Part shown: piece by piece, positions 29,921 to 39,122 of the stretch
Numbering within the stretch: position 1 is the stretch's first letter
Layout: each line of letters begins with the position of its first letter
Source: Desulfosoma sp.
GTDB taxonomy: Bacteria; Desulfobacterota; Syntrophobacteria; Syntrophobacterales; DSM-9756
DNA: 64,000 nucleotides
Direction of reading: 5' to 3'
NCBI GenBank assembly: GCA_037481835.1
Contig: JBBFKW010000017.1
Span: forward strand, 32,001 to 96,000
Made by a program: the position numbers and the translations under genes
Notes under the pieces: model-generated
Databases searched by the model: none
The model's input: only the letters and a program-made list of their open reading frames with translations
Told to the model about the DNA's origin: nothing

Positions 29921-31381
29921 TTATCGTCCCGCCGATTCCACGGGCACGGCCTTCCAGAAATACGTGTGCACGCCCCGCTGGGGGTCGTGGTATTTTCGCC
30001 GAAGATGCAGCTCCACAGGCTGATCCACCCGAATGGACTCCAACGCGCAGTCGGTGAAATCCAGCATCATTCGCCCGCCCCCTTGGAAGTCCACGATGCC
30101 GTAGATCTGAGGCGGATCCAGCGAAAAGGCCAGGTTGTCTCCCGTGTAGCTGAAGATCCGAGCCGGCTTGTCCGAAAAGAGGTAGGGTTCCGTCTCGTCC
30201 ACGGCTTGGCATTCGCCGACGGCACAGATCCTTTGCGGCGGAAACTGCGGGGTGCCGCACCGCCGGCACCGAGTGCCCTCCAACCCCAAGATGGCCCGCC
30301 GATACCGCCATTGGACCGATAGAGGCGTTTCCGCTTGAAATTCCCCCCGAAGGCCTGTTTCCACGGGAATGAGCTCCCGGAAGGCCGCCGCTTTTTCATA
30401 GGGGGCGAGCATGGCTTTGCGCGCAGCAAGGGCATCGAAAGTCCAGGCGGGCTTAAAAGAAGGTGCAGCCTCGGTGACGCGGAAATGGAGGACGTCCACG
30501 CCGCTTCCGTACCCCACAACGAGGATGTGGGACCCGGGGGAAGCGGATTCCAGCGCCCTGCACAGCATGAGGAGCGGGTGAGCGGCGCCGGTGTCGCCCA
30601 CCTGGGCCGCCAAGGGATCGGCGATCCGATCCGGGGCCAAGCCCAGCCTGGCACCGATGACGGCATGCTCCCGTGGGTACGGGCAGGGGTATATCACCGT
30701 GGAAAAGGCGTCCAGGGGCATCTGGGCTTGAGCGAGATAGTTCTGGACGGCCTTGGGGATGAGGGAGAGATACCCTTCGTCACGCATCCAGCGCTCTTCC
30801 CAAGACCGAGGGAGCTTCTTCTCGTTTTCCCGAATGGGGCCCGGAAAATCGGCACTGAGGGAGTAGGACCCGACGAGCTCGGCAAGAATCCCGTCGCGGC
30901 CCATGAGGAGCGCCGCGCCGCCGTCGCCGTACAGGAGTTCTTCGGCGCTTCCCATTTTGGCCCGTCGGGCATCGGAGGCCACGGCCAGGGCCTGGGTCGA
31001 AGCGCCGGAAGACACCTGAGCGGCCGCCGCCAGGACGGCCGATGTCCCCGCCCGCGTCGATCCCGTGACATCCACGGCCAGAGCGCCTTCGGGAAGACTG
31101 AGCGCCTCCCGGAGAATCGCCGCATTCTGGCGTTCCGCGTAGGGAAAGTTGGACGATCCGGCGAAAAGGGCCGTGCAGGCGGACTCGACCCGGAAACGAC
31201 AGGCATTTCGACCCGCCGCCGCGGCCAGGGTGATGGCGTCTTCGTCCGCCCCGGCCACGGCCTTTTCCCCGCCGGCAAGTCCCCATGCGGCGGGGTTGAT
31301 CCAGGCCATGGCTTTCGCCACCATTTTCCTTTCCAGCCGATATCGCGGCAGATACGCACCATAGGCAACAATGCCGACCAT
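29921..31381 (-). CDS. HMG-CoA-synthase-like protein fused to DUF35 (Zn ribbon + OB fold)
   Basis: GIVAYGAYLP, DEDAITLA, VGDTGAAH, YGSG; C-terminal CRRC...PPQRICAVGEC + OB fold ending YFWKA. Confidence 0.88.
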   Translation of the reverse strand: MVGIVAYGAYLPRYRLERKMVAKAMAWINPAAWGLAGGEKAVAGADEDAITLAAAAGRNACRFRVESACTALFAGSSNFPYAERQNAAILREALSLPEGALAVDVTGSTRAGTSAVLAAAAQVSSGASTQALAVASDARRAKMGSAEELLYGDGGAALLMGRDGILAELVGSYSLSADFPGPIRENEKKLPRSWEERWMRDEGYLSLIPKAVQNYLAQAQMPLDAFSTVIYPCPYPREHAVIGARLGLAPDRIADPLAAQVGDTGAAHPLLMLCRALESASPGSHILVVGYGSGVDVLHFRVTEAAPSFKPAWTFDALAARKAMLAPYEKAAAFRELIPVETGLRGEFQAETPLSVQWRYRRAILGLEGTRCRRCGTPQFPPQRICAVGECQAVDETEPYLFSDKPARIFSYTGDNLAFSLDPPQIYGIVDFQGGGRMMLDFTDCALESIRVDQPVELHLRRKYHDPQRGVHTYFWKAVPVESAGR

Positions 31382-31427
31382 GGAAACCTCCTTGCTTTCA
31401 GGGGAATGGAACCGAGGGACACGCAAC

Positions 31428-31476
31428 CTAACCGAGCGCTCGTTCAGTTCCTGACAGAGCCGACGGCTCATGTCAA
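31428..31476 (-). promoter_or_regulatory. promoter (-35 TTGACA) and palindromic operator of the acyl-CoA operon
   Basis: minus-strand TTGACA at 31476-31471; CTAACCGAGCGCTCGTTCAG palindrome at 31428-31447; -10 box weak. Confidence 0.6.
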
Positions 31477-31582
31477 GCAAAAGATGAAGCTTGGGCGTGA
31501 GGTCGCTCTCGAGTTAAACTGGTTTCGTTGCCTTTGTATATGAAAGTCGCCTTCGAAATCTGAAAGGGCAGGACTTTCCTGG

Positions 31583-31676
31583 TTCGTTGTCTCGCCGGAT
31601 ATGGATCCGGGTTGGGGTTCGCTGTGCTCACCCCAACCTACGAGTTTATTCAACGAGACTTTCATCCTTCGTCGTC
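31583..31676. repeat. GTAG-type REP with shared flanks (inverse of 3387-3457)
   Basis: REP at 31611-31641, gagtttattcaa at 31642-31653 and ttcgttgtctcgccggat at 31583-31600 all match the 3.4-kb cluster in reverse. Confidence 0.88.
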
Positions 31677-32002
31677 TCGCCCCGCGCGATGGGGGGTATT
31701 GCTGGCTCGGACCGAGACGGCGGTCCTAGTGCCCGCCGGTTCGCGGCGAACGATGGGGAAGGCCTCTCATGGGCGAAGGAGCAATGGGGGGTGCAGTCTT
31801 CGGGGGCGCTGAGCTCACCTCAGCGGCCCTCTCGATCCATCGCGCTGAGAATTGGACGGGGCCGACGCAGCCGTGATTTTCGCGGCCGGGGATAAAGCCC
31901 GCCCCTGCCGTGAAAGGCTTCCCCCATCTCCCGAGCGCGACTCATCGCCATGATGGATGGGGCAGTGCGGTTTTCATTGGAAAGGGCTTGAAGGACGAAT
32001 CC

Positions 32003-32530
32003 ATGAGCATGAAAACTCTCAAGAGCCCCGGTCCGCCGGATCCGGCCCGGCACGTGCTCCAGGCCTGTCGGCTCTATGAAGAAATCGGAGACGACATCCT
32101 GGCGGACACCGAGCTCGCCCGGGCTCTGAAACGATACCGATCCGCTATCCAGGAAACGCGGGCCGCTTTTGCCCGCGCGGGCGTTTTTGACGCCTGCAGC
32201 GCTTGCGCCGCCCATGTCTTCGGGGGATGTTGCTTTCCCGACATGGAATGGAACTACACGGTGGTCCATCTCCTCATCAACCGGCTGCTGGGCTGCAAAC
32301 TCCCCACTCGGCACGCCTATGCCGACCAATGTCTCTTTCTGGGCGACAAGGGCTGCCTGCTTACGGCCAAAAACCATTTCTGCCTCAATTACTTTTGCCA
32401 GGACATCCAGAGAAACCTGGGCCCCACCACCCTGAAGGCCCTTCTCCAGATCGTCGGCCGGGAAATCATGGCGGGCTGGGAAGTGGAACTGCTCCTCCTC
32501 CACCGTTACCGGTCCGAAATCTTTGTCTAG
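32003..32530 (+). CDS. Cys-rich hypothetical protein (YkgJ/CxxCxxxxxCC-like, putative Zn/Fe-chelating)
   Basis: CSACAAHVFGGCC...CLFLGDKGCLL...FCLNYFC; AAGGA RBS. Confidence 0.75.
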   Translation: MSMKTLKSPGPPDPARHVLQACRLYEEIGDDILADTELARALKRYRSAIQETRAAFARAGVFDACSACAAHVFGGCCFPDMEWNYTVVHLLINRLLGCKLPTRHAYADQCLFLGDKGCLLTAKNHFCLNYFCQDIQRNLGPTTLKALLQIVGREIMAGWEVELLLLHRYRSEIFV

Positions 32531-32549
32531 TGTGCCTGGACAACTATTT

Positions 32550-33172
32550 CCCGCCCCAAGGAAAAGTATCGCCTCGTCGTTCGATTCTATGAAATCCACG
32601 TCGAAGAAAAAGACGGCACGGCGGTAAGGCTTTCCTGGGAGCTCAAGGATGAGCAGAGGCTTCAGAAGCGATTTTCCGGTCGTTACCGGATTCGATCTTC
32701 ACGAACGGATCTTTCGGACAAGGAGCTTTGGGATCTCTACAACATGCTGACCCAGCTGGAGGACTCCTTCCGCAGCCTCAAGCACGAGCTTTCCTTGCGC
32801 CCGGTCTATCATCGTGTGTCACGGCGGATCCAAGGGCACCTTTTCATCACCGTCCTCGCCTACCACCTGCTGTGCGTCATCCAGAGAAAGCTTCACCAAC
32901 GCGGAATTCGCCACCACTGGACCACGTTGCGAACGCACCTGAGCGGGCAGGTCCGCGTGACGACCACCACGGTCAACGACAAGGGTCAGGTCATCCATAT
33001 CCGACACACTTCGGAGCCGGAGCCGGTTCACGTGGGTATTTACAAGGCCCTCGAACTGCCGGTTCGGCCGTTGAGAAGGCTCACGAAAATCGAGTGAAAA
33101 ATCTGTAGTGTAGAATTTGAAATCACATCTCAGCAAAATCAAAATCTTACGCACAAAAGTGACAAACTTGGG
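32550..33172 (+). mobile_element. IS1634-family remnant: 3' part of transposase and right end
   Basis: open frame KEKYRLVVRFYEI...LWDLYNMLTQLEDSFRSLKHELSLRPVYHR...GHLFITVLAYHLL, stop at 33097; AT-rich tail ending AACTTGGG at 33172; no N-terminus. Confidence 0.85.
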
Positions 33173-33443
33173 TTACGACTTTTCCCGCGGCGAGACCCTC
33201 ATTCGGGTGGGATACGACGCGGCTTCTTCCTTTTTTGCCCGGCTGGATGTGATCGGCCCGGGCGTTTACGGATCTCCCCATTCCCATGGAAAAGAACCAT
33301 GATTACACAAAGAGCATTTGCATCGCAGTACATATCGTTGAAATGTGCGCTCGTGACGGGTTGGATCGTTCCCCCAGGATAACGCCGAAGGGAGCCCCCT
33401 GATCGAGTCAATTCGTGCACGGAACGGAAGCGAGGAGTTCACC

Positions 33444-36400
33444 ATGTCCTTTGATCCCCGAGAGTGGGTGCGGATGGACTGGGAAGCCGCACCCATCTAC
33501 GTTCGACCGGATCCCCCCTGCTGGTTCGTCCCCAACGGGATGGGAGACCGCCTTCTTCAAGAAGCCTTGACAAAGCCAGACATTCCCCTGACCCAAGACG
33601 CGGCCCGCTTCTGGCGGCGCCTTCCCGAGTCGTCCCCGTCCCGCTATGCGGGTCGAGCGGAGATACTCAAACCGCATCGTCTGAAGGAATTCTGGATCCA
33701 TCTCACCGACCGGTGCAACCTGGCGTGCCGGCATTGTCTTTTCGCCTCCTCGCCCTCCCGGGCCCGGGAGCTGCCGGCGGACCGGGTGCTGGAAGCCGCC
33801 CGCCAGGCGCATGAACTGGGATGCCGCCTTTTTGCCCTCACCGGCGGCGAGCCCTTCGTTCACCCCCACATCCACCGCATCCTCCAAGGCCTGCTGGCCC
33901 TTCCCGACGCCCACGTGGCGGTGCTCACCAACGGCCTGGCCGCCCGGTCCGTCCTGGAAAAGCTCCCGTGGGATCCCGAACGGATCCATCTGCAGGTGAG
34001 TCTGGACGGGCTGGAAGAAAGCCACGACGCCCTGCGCGGCAAGGGAACGTTTGCGAAAACCTTGAGGGAACTCCGGGCGCTCTCCCGCATGGGAATTCCC
34101 TTCACCCTTTCCATGTGCCCCACCCGCTCCAACTTATCCGATGTGCCGCACATGGCGGATGCGGCACGGGACGCGGGCGCGTCCAACATCCACTTCATGT
34201 GGTACTTCGTGCGGGGGCGTGCCGTTTCAAAGGAATTCGTGCCTCCGGATGAACTCTTGGACGCGGTGCGCTGCGCCGTGGAGCGCGCCGAAGATTCGGG
34301 TGTCTCGGTGGACAACGTTCAGGCGCTGGCTACCCAGGTCTTTTCCCCCCCGGGAACCCGCTACGACGGCGGCGGCGCGGCCTGGGAATCCCTGGCCCTG
34401 GGACCCGACGGAAACCTCTATCCGTCCGCGGCCCTGGTGGACGTCCCCGAACTGGCCATGCCTTGGCCCCGGGGCCTGGAAAGGGCCTGGAAGGACAGCC
34501 CCGTCTTCGAGCGCATCCGGCAGGAAACGGCGGCGCGGCTCGATCATCCGCTTCGCTTCCTCCTGGGAGGGGGCGATCCCGATCACAGCTACCTGGCGGC
34601 AGGCCGGTTCGTGGGAGCCGATCCCTACTTGGAGCTCCATCAGAAACTGGCCCTCTGGCTCATCGCCCGTCGTGCCCCCCGGTCCGTCGTCACCAGCCGG
34701 CCGGCCCTTCGCCTCAAGATGGGGGACATCCTTCAGAGCTGCGGAAGCGGAGAGCACGGCGTCTCCTTCGTCCATTCCAATTGCCTGCTCGCTCTTGCCT
34801 CCCCGTCGAGCCTTTCCGTCGTTCGGGACTTCTATTCCGACGCCGCGGCCCGTCCCAAGTTGGACATCCTCAATCCGGTGACCTATCCCGAGGCATGGAC
34901 GGCTCACATCCCTGAAGAATACCGGTTTCGCGGCTACGGGTGCGGCAATCCCGTGGTGGATGCGGCTCTTCAAGAGGGCGAGACCGTGGTGGACCTGGGC
35001 TGCGGAAGCGGTGTGGAATGCTTCATGGCGGCCAAGCAGGTGGGACCGGACGGTCGCGTGATCGGGATCGACATGCTGGAAGCCATGTTGAAACGCGCCC
35101 GGGCGGGAGCCCGCGCCACGGCCGAGCGGCTGGGCTACGACAACATGACCTTCCTCCATTCCCTCCTGGAAAGCCTTCCCCTGGACGATCACACCGCGGA
35201 CGTGGTGCTTTCCAACTGCGTGCTCAACCTTTCCAGCGACAAGCGCCGCGCCTTCCGGGAGATCCACCGCATCCTCCGCCCCGGCGGCCGCCTGGCGGTT
35301 TCCGACGTGGTCTGCGACACCGACCCGGATCCGGCCATCCGAAACGATCCCGTGCTCCACGGGGAATGCATCGGCGGCGCGCTCACCCAGCGGGACCTGG
35401 TGGGGATCCTGGAAGAATCCGGCTTCCGGGCGGTTCGCTTTCTCAAGAGGTTTCCCTACCGCACGGTTCGCGGCCACCGGTTTTACAGCCTCACCTTCGA
35501 AGCTCGGAAAGAAACCGACGCAGACGCCGTCCCTGTCCTCTATCCGGGACCCTTTGCGGCCGTCCAAACCTTCGGGGGAACCGTGCTCACTCCCGGACCG
35601 GTGCACCGCATCCCGCAATGGGAAGCCCAGATCCTGGAAGACCAGCTCTGGATCCTGGACGATGGGGGAGCCGTGACGAACCGGGAACGCGAAAGCTGCT
35701 GCGCCTGCGCCGCGCCGGAAGACCAGCCGGCCGCGGATCCCGCTTCGGCCCCTTGGCACGTTCCGGGCCCAGCCGGCCGAAAGACCGGCCAAAGCATTCC
35801 GCTTCGGCGCCGTTCCGGCTGCATGGTCTGCGGCGAGCCGCTTTCCTACGAATCTTCGGAAACCCTGGAAACGTGCATCTACTGCGAAGGCCGCTTCCTT
35901 TCGTCGGCCCGCTGCCTCAAGGGCCATTTCGTCTGCGACGCGTGCCATTCCCGGGACGCTCTCGCGGTGATCGAGCACCTCTGCCTTTCTTCCACGGAAA
36001 CCGACCTCATCGCCCTCATGGACAAAATCCGCCGCCATCCGGCCATGCCGGTCCACGGGCCCGAACACCACGCCCTGGTGCCCGCCGTGGTGGTAACCGC
36101 GTACCGCAATGCCGGCGGACCGGTGGACGAGGAGGCCATCCGTTCCGCCCTTCGCCGCGGTTCCCGCGTTCCCGGAGGATCCTGCGGGTTCATGGGCTGC
36201 TGCGGAGCGGCCGTGGGTGTGGGGATCGCCTTTTCGATCCTCCTGGAAGCCAATCCGGTCAAGGGACCGGAACGGCGCCTGGCCCAGCAGGCGACCCAGC
36301 AGGCCCTGGCGGACATCGCCTCCCTGGACGCCGCCCGATGTTGCCAGAGGGATTCCTGGATCGCTCTCAAGAAGGCGGCCGAACTTTCCGCCCAAATCCT

Positions 36401-36530
36401 GGATCGCCCCCTCCACGCCAACCACACCCTCAAGTGCCGACAGCAGGCGAAAAACCGCGAATGCTCGGGCGCCCGATGCCCGGTGCTCAGAAGCCTCAAC
36501 GGACGCGCCGGCCAGGGGCTTTCGGCATGA
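33444..36530 (+). CDS. radical SAM / ArsM-like SAM methyltransferase / DUF5714-like fusion protein
   Basis: [79 protein letters not shown]. Confidence 0.9.
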   Translation: MSFDPREWVRMDWEAAPIYVRPDPPCWFVPNGMGDRLLQEALTKPDIPLTQDAARFWRRLPESSPSRYAGRAEILKPHRLKEFWIHLTDRCNLACRHCLFASSPSRARELPADRVLEAARQAHELGCRLFALTGGEPFVHPHIHRILQGLLALPDAHVAVLTNGLAARSVLEKLPWDPERIHLQVSLDGLEESHDALRGKGTFAKTLRELRALSRMGIPFTLSMCPTRSNLSDVPHMADAARDAGASNIHFMWYFVRGRAVSKEFVPPDELLDAVRCAVERAEDSGVSVDNVQALATQVFSPPGTRYDGGGAAWESLALGPDGNLYPSAALVDVPELAMPWPRGLERAWKDSPVFERIRQETAARLDHPLRFLLGGGDPDHSYLAAGRFVGADPYLELHQKLALWLIARRAPRSVVTSRPALRLKMGDILQSCGSGEHGVSFVHSNCLLALASPSSLSVVRDFYSDAAARPKLDILNPVTYPEAWTAHIPEEYRFRGYGCGNPVVDAALQEGETVVDLGCGSGVECFMAAKQVGPDGRVIGIDMLEAMLKRARAGARATAERLGYDNMTFLHSLLESLPLDDHTADVVLSNCVLNLSSDKRRAFREIHRILRPGGRLAVSDVVCDTDPDPAIRNDPVLHGECIGGALTQRDLVGILEESGFRAVRFLKRFPYRTVRGHRFYSLTFEARKETDADAVPVLYPGPFAAVQTFGGTVLTPGPVHRIPQWEAQILEDQLWILDDGGAVTNRERESCCACAAPEDQPAADPASAPWHVPGPAGRKTGQSIPLRRRSGCMVCGEPLSYESSETLETCIYCEGRFLSSARCLKGHFVCDACHSRDALAVIEHLCLSSTETDLIALMDKIRRHPAMPVHGPEHHALVPAVVVTAYRNAGGPVDEEAIRSALRRGSRVPGGSCGFMGCCGAAVGVGIAFSILLEANPVKGPERRLAQQATQQALADIASLDAARCCQRDSWIALKKAAELSAQILDRPLHANHTLKCRQQAKNRECSGARCPVLRSLNGRAGQGLSA

Positions 36531-36537
36531 GAGGAGG

Positions 36538-36760
36538 GATGAGTGATGGGGGATGGGTGATGAGTGAGAGGGAGCGCCGCGGGGTGCGATTTTCTTTGAG
36601 TGGCGCCATGCGGTTGTGACATTGCGGGCCATCTCCGTTGCGGTTTGCGCCGCTCCCACAAGGGACAGAACCGAAGGTTGTTTTCACCACATAAGATGTC
36701 GCGCTCCCTCGTTCTTGCTCACGATACTTTCTTTGCGCCTTTGCGTCTTTGCGCGAGACC
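36538..36760. repeat. short tandem repeats and a REP-like palindrome
   Basis: five heptamers (gatgagt-like) 36538-36572; GTGG-type REP-like cggtttgcgccgctcccaca 36641-36660; three octamers ctttgcgy 36731-36754. Confidence 0.65.
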
Positions 36761-36816
36761 TTTTTGGCCTCCCGCCAAGCCGCGACTTTCTTTCACGTTC
36801 ATCGAGGACGGAGAAG

Positions 36817-38367
36817 ATGAGAGACTCCGCACAAAGGTCTACGGTGTTGGAGCCATGGGATGAGGCGAACCGGGAGCTGGCTTCTCTCATCCGCCCCGCG
36901 CACTGGAGGAACCCCGCGCCCGCGCCCCGCTACAACCTGGTGGTCATCGGGGCGGGGACCGCGGGGCTGGTGACCGCGGCCGGGGCCGCGGGACTGGGAG
37001 CCAAGGTGGCCCTGGTGGAAAGGCACCTTCTCGGCGGAGACTGCCTCAATGTGGGGTGCGTGCCTTCCAAGGCGCTTCTGGCGGCCTCCCGCGCCGCCGC
37101 CGCGGTCCGGGATGCTCACCGCTTCGGGATTCATGTGCCGGAAGGGGTCCGGGTGGATTTTCCAAGGGTCATGGAGCGCATGCGCCGCCTGCGGGCATCC
37201 ATCGCCCCCAACGATTCCGCCCGGCGCCTCACGGAACTGGGCGTTGACGTCTTTTTCGGAAACGCCCGCTTCATGGATTCGGAAACGGTGGATGTGGACG
37301 GAACACGGCTCCGGTTTCAGAAGGCCGTGATCGCCACCGGAGCCCGGGCCGCCGCTCCGGCCATCCCCGGCCTGGACCGGGTGCCCTACCTCACCAACGA
37401 GACGCTCTTTTCGCTCACCGAACTTCCCCGGCGGTTCGGCATCATCGGAGCCGGCCCCATCGGCTGCGAGATGTCCCAAGCCTTCGCCCGCTTCGGGTCC
37501 AAGGTTTTTCTGGTCGAAGCCATGCACGGGATTCTTCCCCGGGAGGACCCGGACGCATCCGCCATCGTCTGGAAGGCCATGGAGACCGACGGTGTGGAAC
37601 TCCTTTGCTGCGGGCAGGACCTGGTTCTGGAGCCGGGCCAAGACGGCTCCGCGGTCATGCAGCTCCATTCCCACGGGCGCACGACCCGCGTGGAGGTGGA
37701 CCGGGTTCTGGTGGCGGTGGGGAGGGCTCCCAATCTGGAAGATTTGGACCTGGATCGCGTGGGGGTGGCCGCCACGCCCAAAGGCGTCGTCGTGGACGAT
37801 CACCTTCGGACCACCAACCCCAGGATCTATGCGGCCGGCGACGTCTGTTCCCCCTATCAGTTCACCCACGCGGCCGACTTCATGGCGCGCCTCGTCATCC
37901 AAAACGCCCTCTTTTGGGGCCGGGCCAAGGCGAGCGCCCTCACCATCCCCTGGTGCACCTACACGGACCCGGAAATCGCCCATGTGGGCCTCTATGAAAG
38001 GGACGCCCGGGCCCGCGGCTGGGAGCTTCAGACCATCACCCTGCCCCTTTCCCATGTGGACCGGGCCGTCCTGGAAGGCCGGGCCGAAGGGTTGGTTCGG
38101 GTTCATGTTCGAAAGGGAACCGACCGGATCGTGGGGGCCACCATCGTGGCACCCAACGCCGGAGATATGATCGGGGAGCTGAGTCTGGCCATGACCCACC
38201 GGATCGGCCTTCGGGGCCTGGCCGCCGCCATCCACCCCTACCCCACCGTGGGAGAAGCCCTGCGCAAGGTGGGCGATCTTTACAACCGATCCCGGCTCAC
38301 GCCGCGGATGAAAAAGTTGGTCGCCCAAATCCTGGCCTGGCGTCGAGGAAAGCGGCACTGGAGCTGA
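36817..38367 (+). CDS. MerA/LpdA-like pyridine nucleotide-disulfide oxidoreductase
   Basis: VIGAGTAG, GGDCLNVGCVPSK, GAGPIGCE, YAAGD, IHPYPT. Confidence 0.92.
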   Translation: MRDSAQRSTVLEPWDEANRELASLIRPAHWRNPAPAPRYNLVVIGAGTAGLVTAAGAAGLGAKVALVERHLLGGDCLNVGCVPSKALLAASRAAAAVRDAHRFGIHVPEGVRVDFPRVMERMRRLRASIAPNDSARRLTELGVDVFFGNARFMDSETVDVDGTRLRFQKAVIATGARAAAPAIPGLDRVPYLTNETLFSLTELPRRFGIIGAGPIGCEMSQAFARFGSKVFLVEAMHGILPREDPDASAIVWKAMETDGVELLCCGQDLVLEPGQDGSAVMQLHSHGRTTRVEVDRVLVAVGRAPNLEDLDLDRVGVAATPKGVVVDDHLRTTNPRIYAAGDVCSPYQFTHAADFMARLVIQNALFWGRAKASALTIPWCTYTDPEIAHVGLYERDARARGWELQTITLPLSHVDRAVLEGRAEGLVRVHVRKGTDRIVGATIVAPNAGDMIGELSLAMTHRIGLRGLAAAIHPYPTVGEALRKVGDLYNRSRLTPRMKKLVAQILAWRRGKRHWS

Positions 38368-38391
38368 AGGATTTCCAATCCGCCGGGCGGA

Positions 38392-39102
38392 TCAGCTCCG
38401 AGACGAAGGTTCCACACTGACCAGGAGCGTCCGCCCCTGGACGGCGATCCGACCGCTTTCGCGGAGCTTTCCCATGGCCCGCGTGATGCTCACCCGGTGT
38501 GCCCCCGCGAGAAAACTTAACTCCTCGTGTGTGAGAGGAAAATGGATGGCGTAGCCCGTGGTCGTGGGCTTTCCGTGCTCCTTGGCCACGGCAACCAAAA
38601 TCCTGTAGAGACGGTCTTCCAGGTTCGAAAGGGACAGACTCTCCGCCCGATCCGTCAGGAGATGGATCCTCTCACTCAAGTTTCGAATGACTTGAAGCCC
38701 GATGTTGGGGCGCTCACGCACCAAGGCCTCGAAGCGCTCCCGGGTAAACCCGCAGATGAGGGTGCGCTCCATGCACACGGCGCTCACCGGGTAGTCCGTT
38801 TCTTCGGAAAGCATCTGTTCGCCGAGAAAATCGCCCGGTTTGCGCATGTCGAGCGTGATTTCGTGGCCGTCTTCCTGGACCTTGGAGAGCTTCACCCGCC
38901 CGGCCTTGATCAAAAACATGCGGTGCGCCGGGTCTCCCTGGTGGAAAATCATCTCCCGCGCTTGGTAAATCCGACGCTCCGCCGCCGAAACCAGCGCCAA
39001 GGTATCCTCCGGATCCAGGTTCCTGAAGAGCCACAGGTTCCCCAGGCACTCCGGACTGACGGCCACCTCCTTGCCGAGCCATTCTTCGCACAGGCATCCC
39101 AT
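38392..39102 (-). CDS. Crp/Fnr family regulator (HcpR-like, N-terminal Cys motif)
   Basis: MGCLCE...ECLGNLWLF; cNMP domain (IFHQGD, GDFLGE); HTH LTHEELSFLAGAHRVSITR. Confidence 0.9.
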   Translation of the reverse strand: MGCLCEEWLGKEVAVSPECLGNLWLFRNLDPEDTLALVSAAERRIYQAREMIFHQGDPAHRMFLIKAGRVKLSKVQEDGHEITLDMRKPGDFLGEQMLSEETDYPVSAVCMERTLICGFTRERFEALVRERPNIGLQVIRNLSERIHLLTDRAESLSLSNLEDRLYRILVAVAKEHGKPTTTGYAIHFPLTHEELSFLAGAHRVSITRAMGKLRESGRIAVQGRTLLVSVEPSSRS

Positions 39103-39122
39103 GGCGGGCTCTCCAGAACGGC

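Noticed and set aside
33312..33352. ArsR-type operator upstream of the rSAM-ArsM fusion
   Set aside because: Only a weak dyad (CATTT...AAATG); not distinguishable from chance
36817..38367. Calling this gene merA
   Set aside because: Lacks the C-terminal Cys pair and NmerA domain; no merR/T/P nearby
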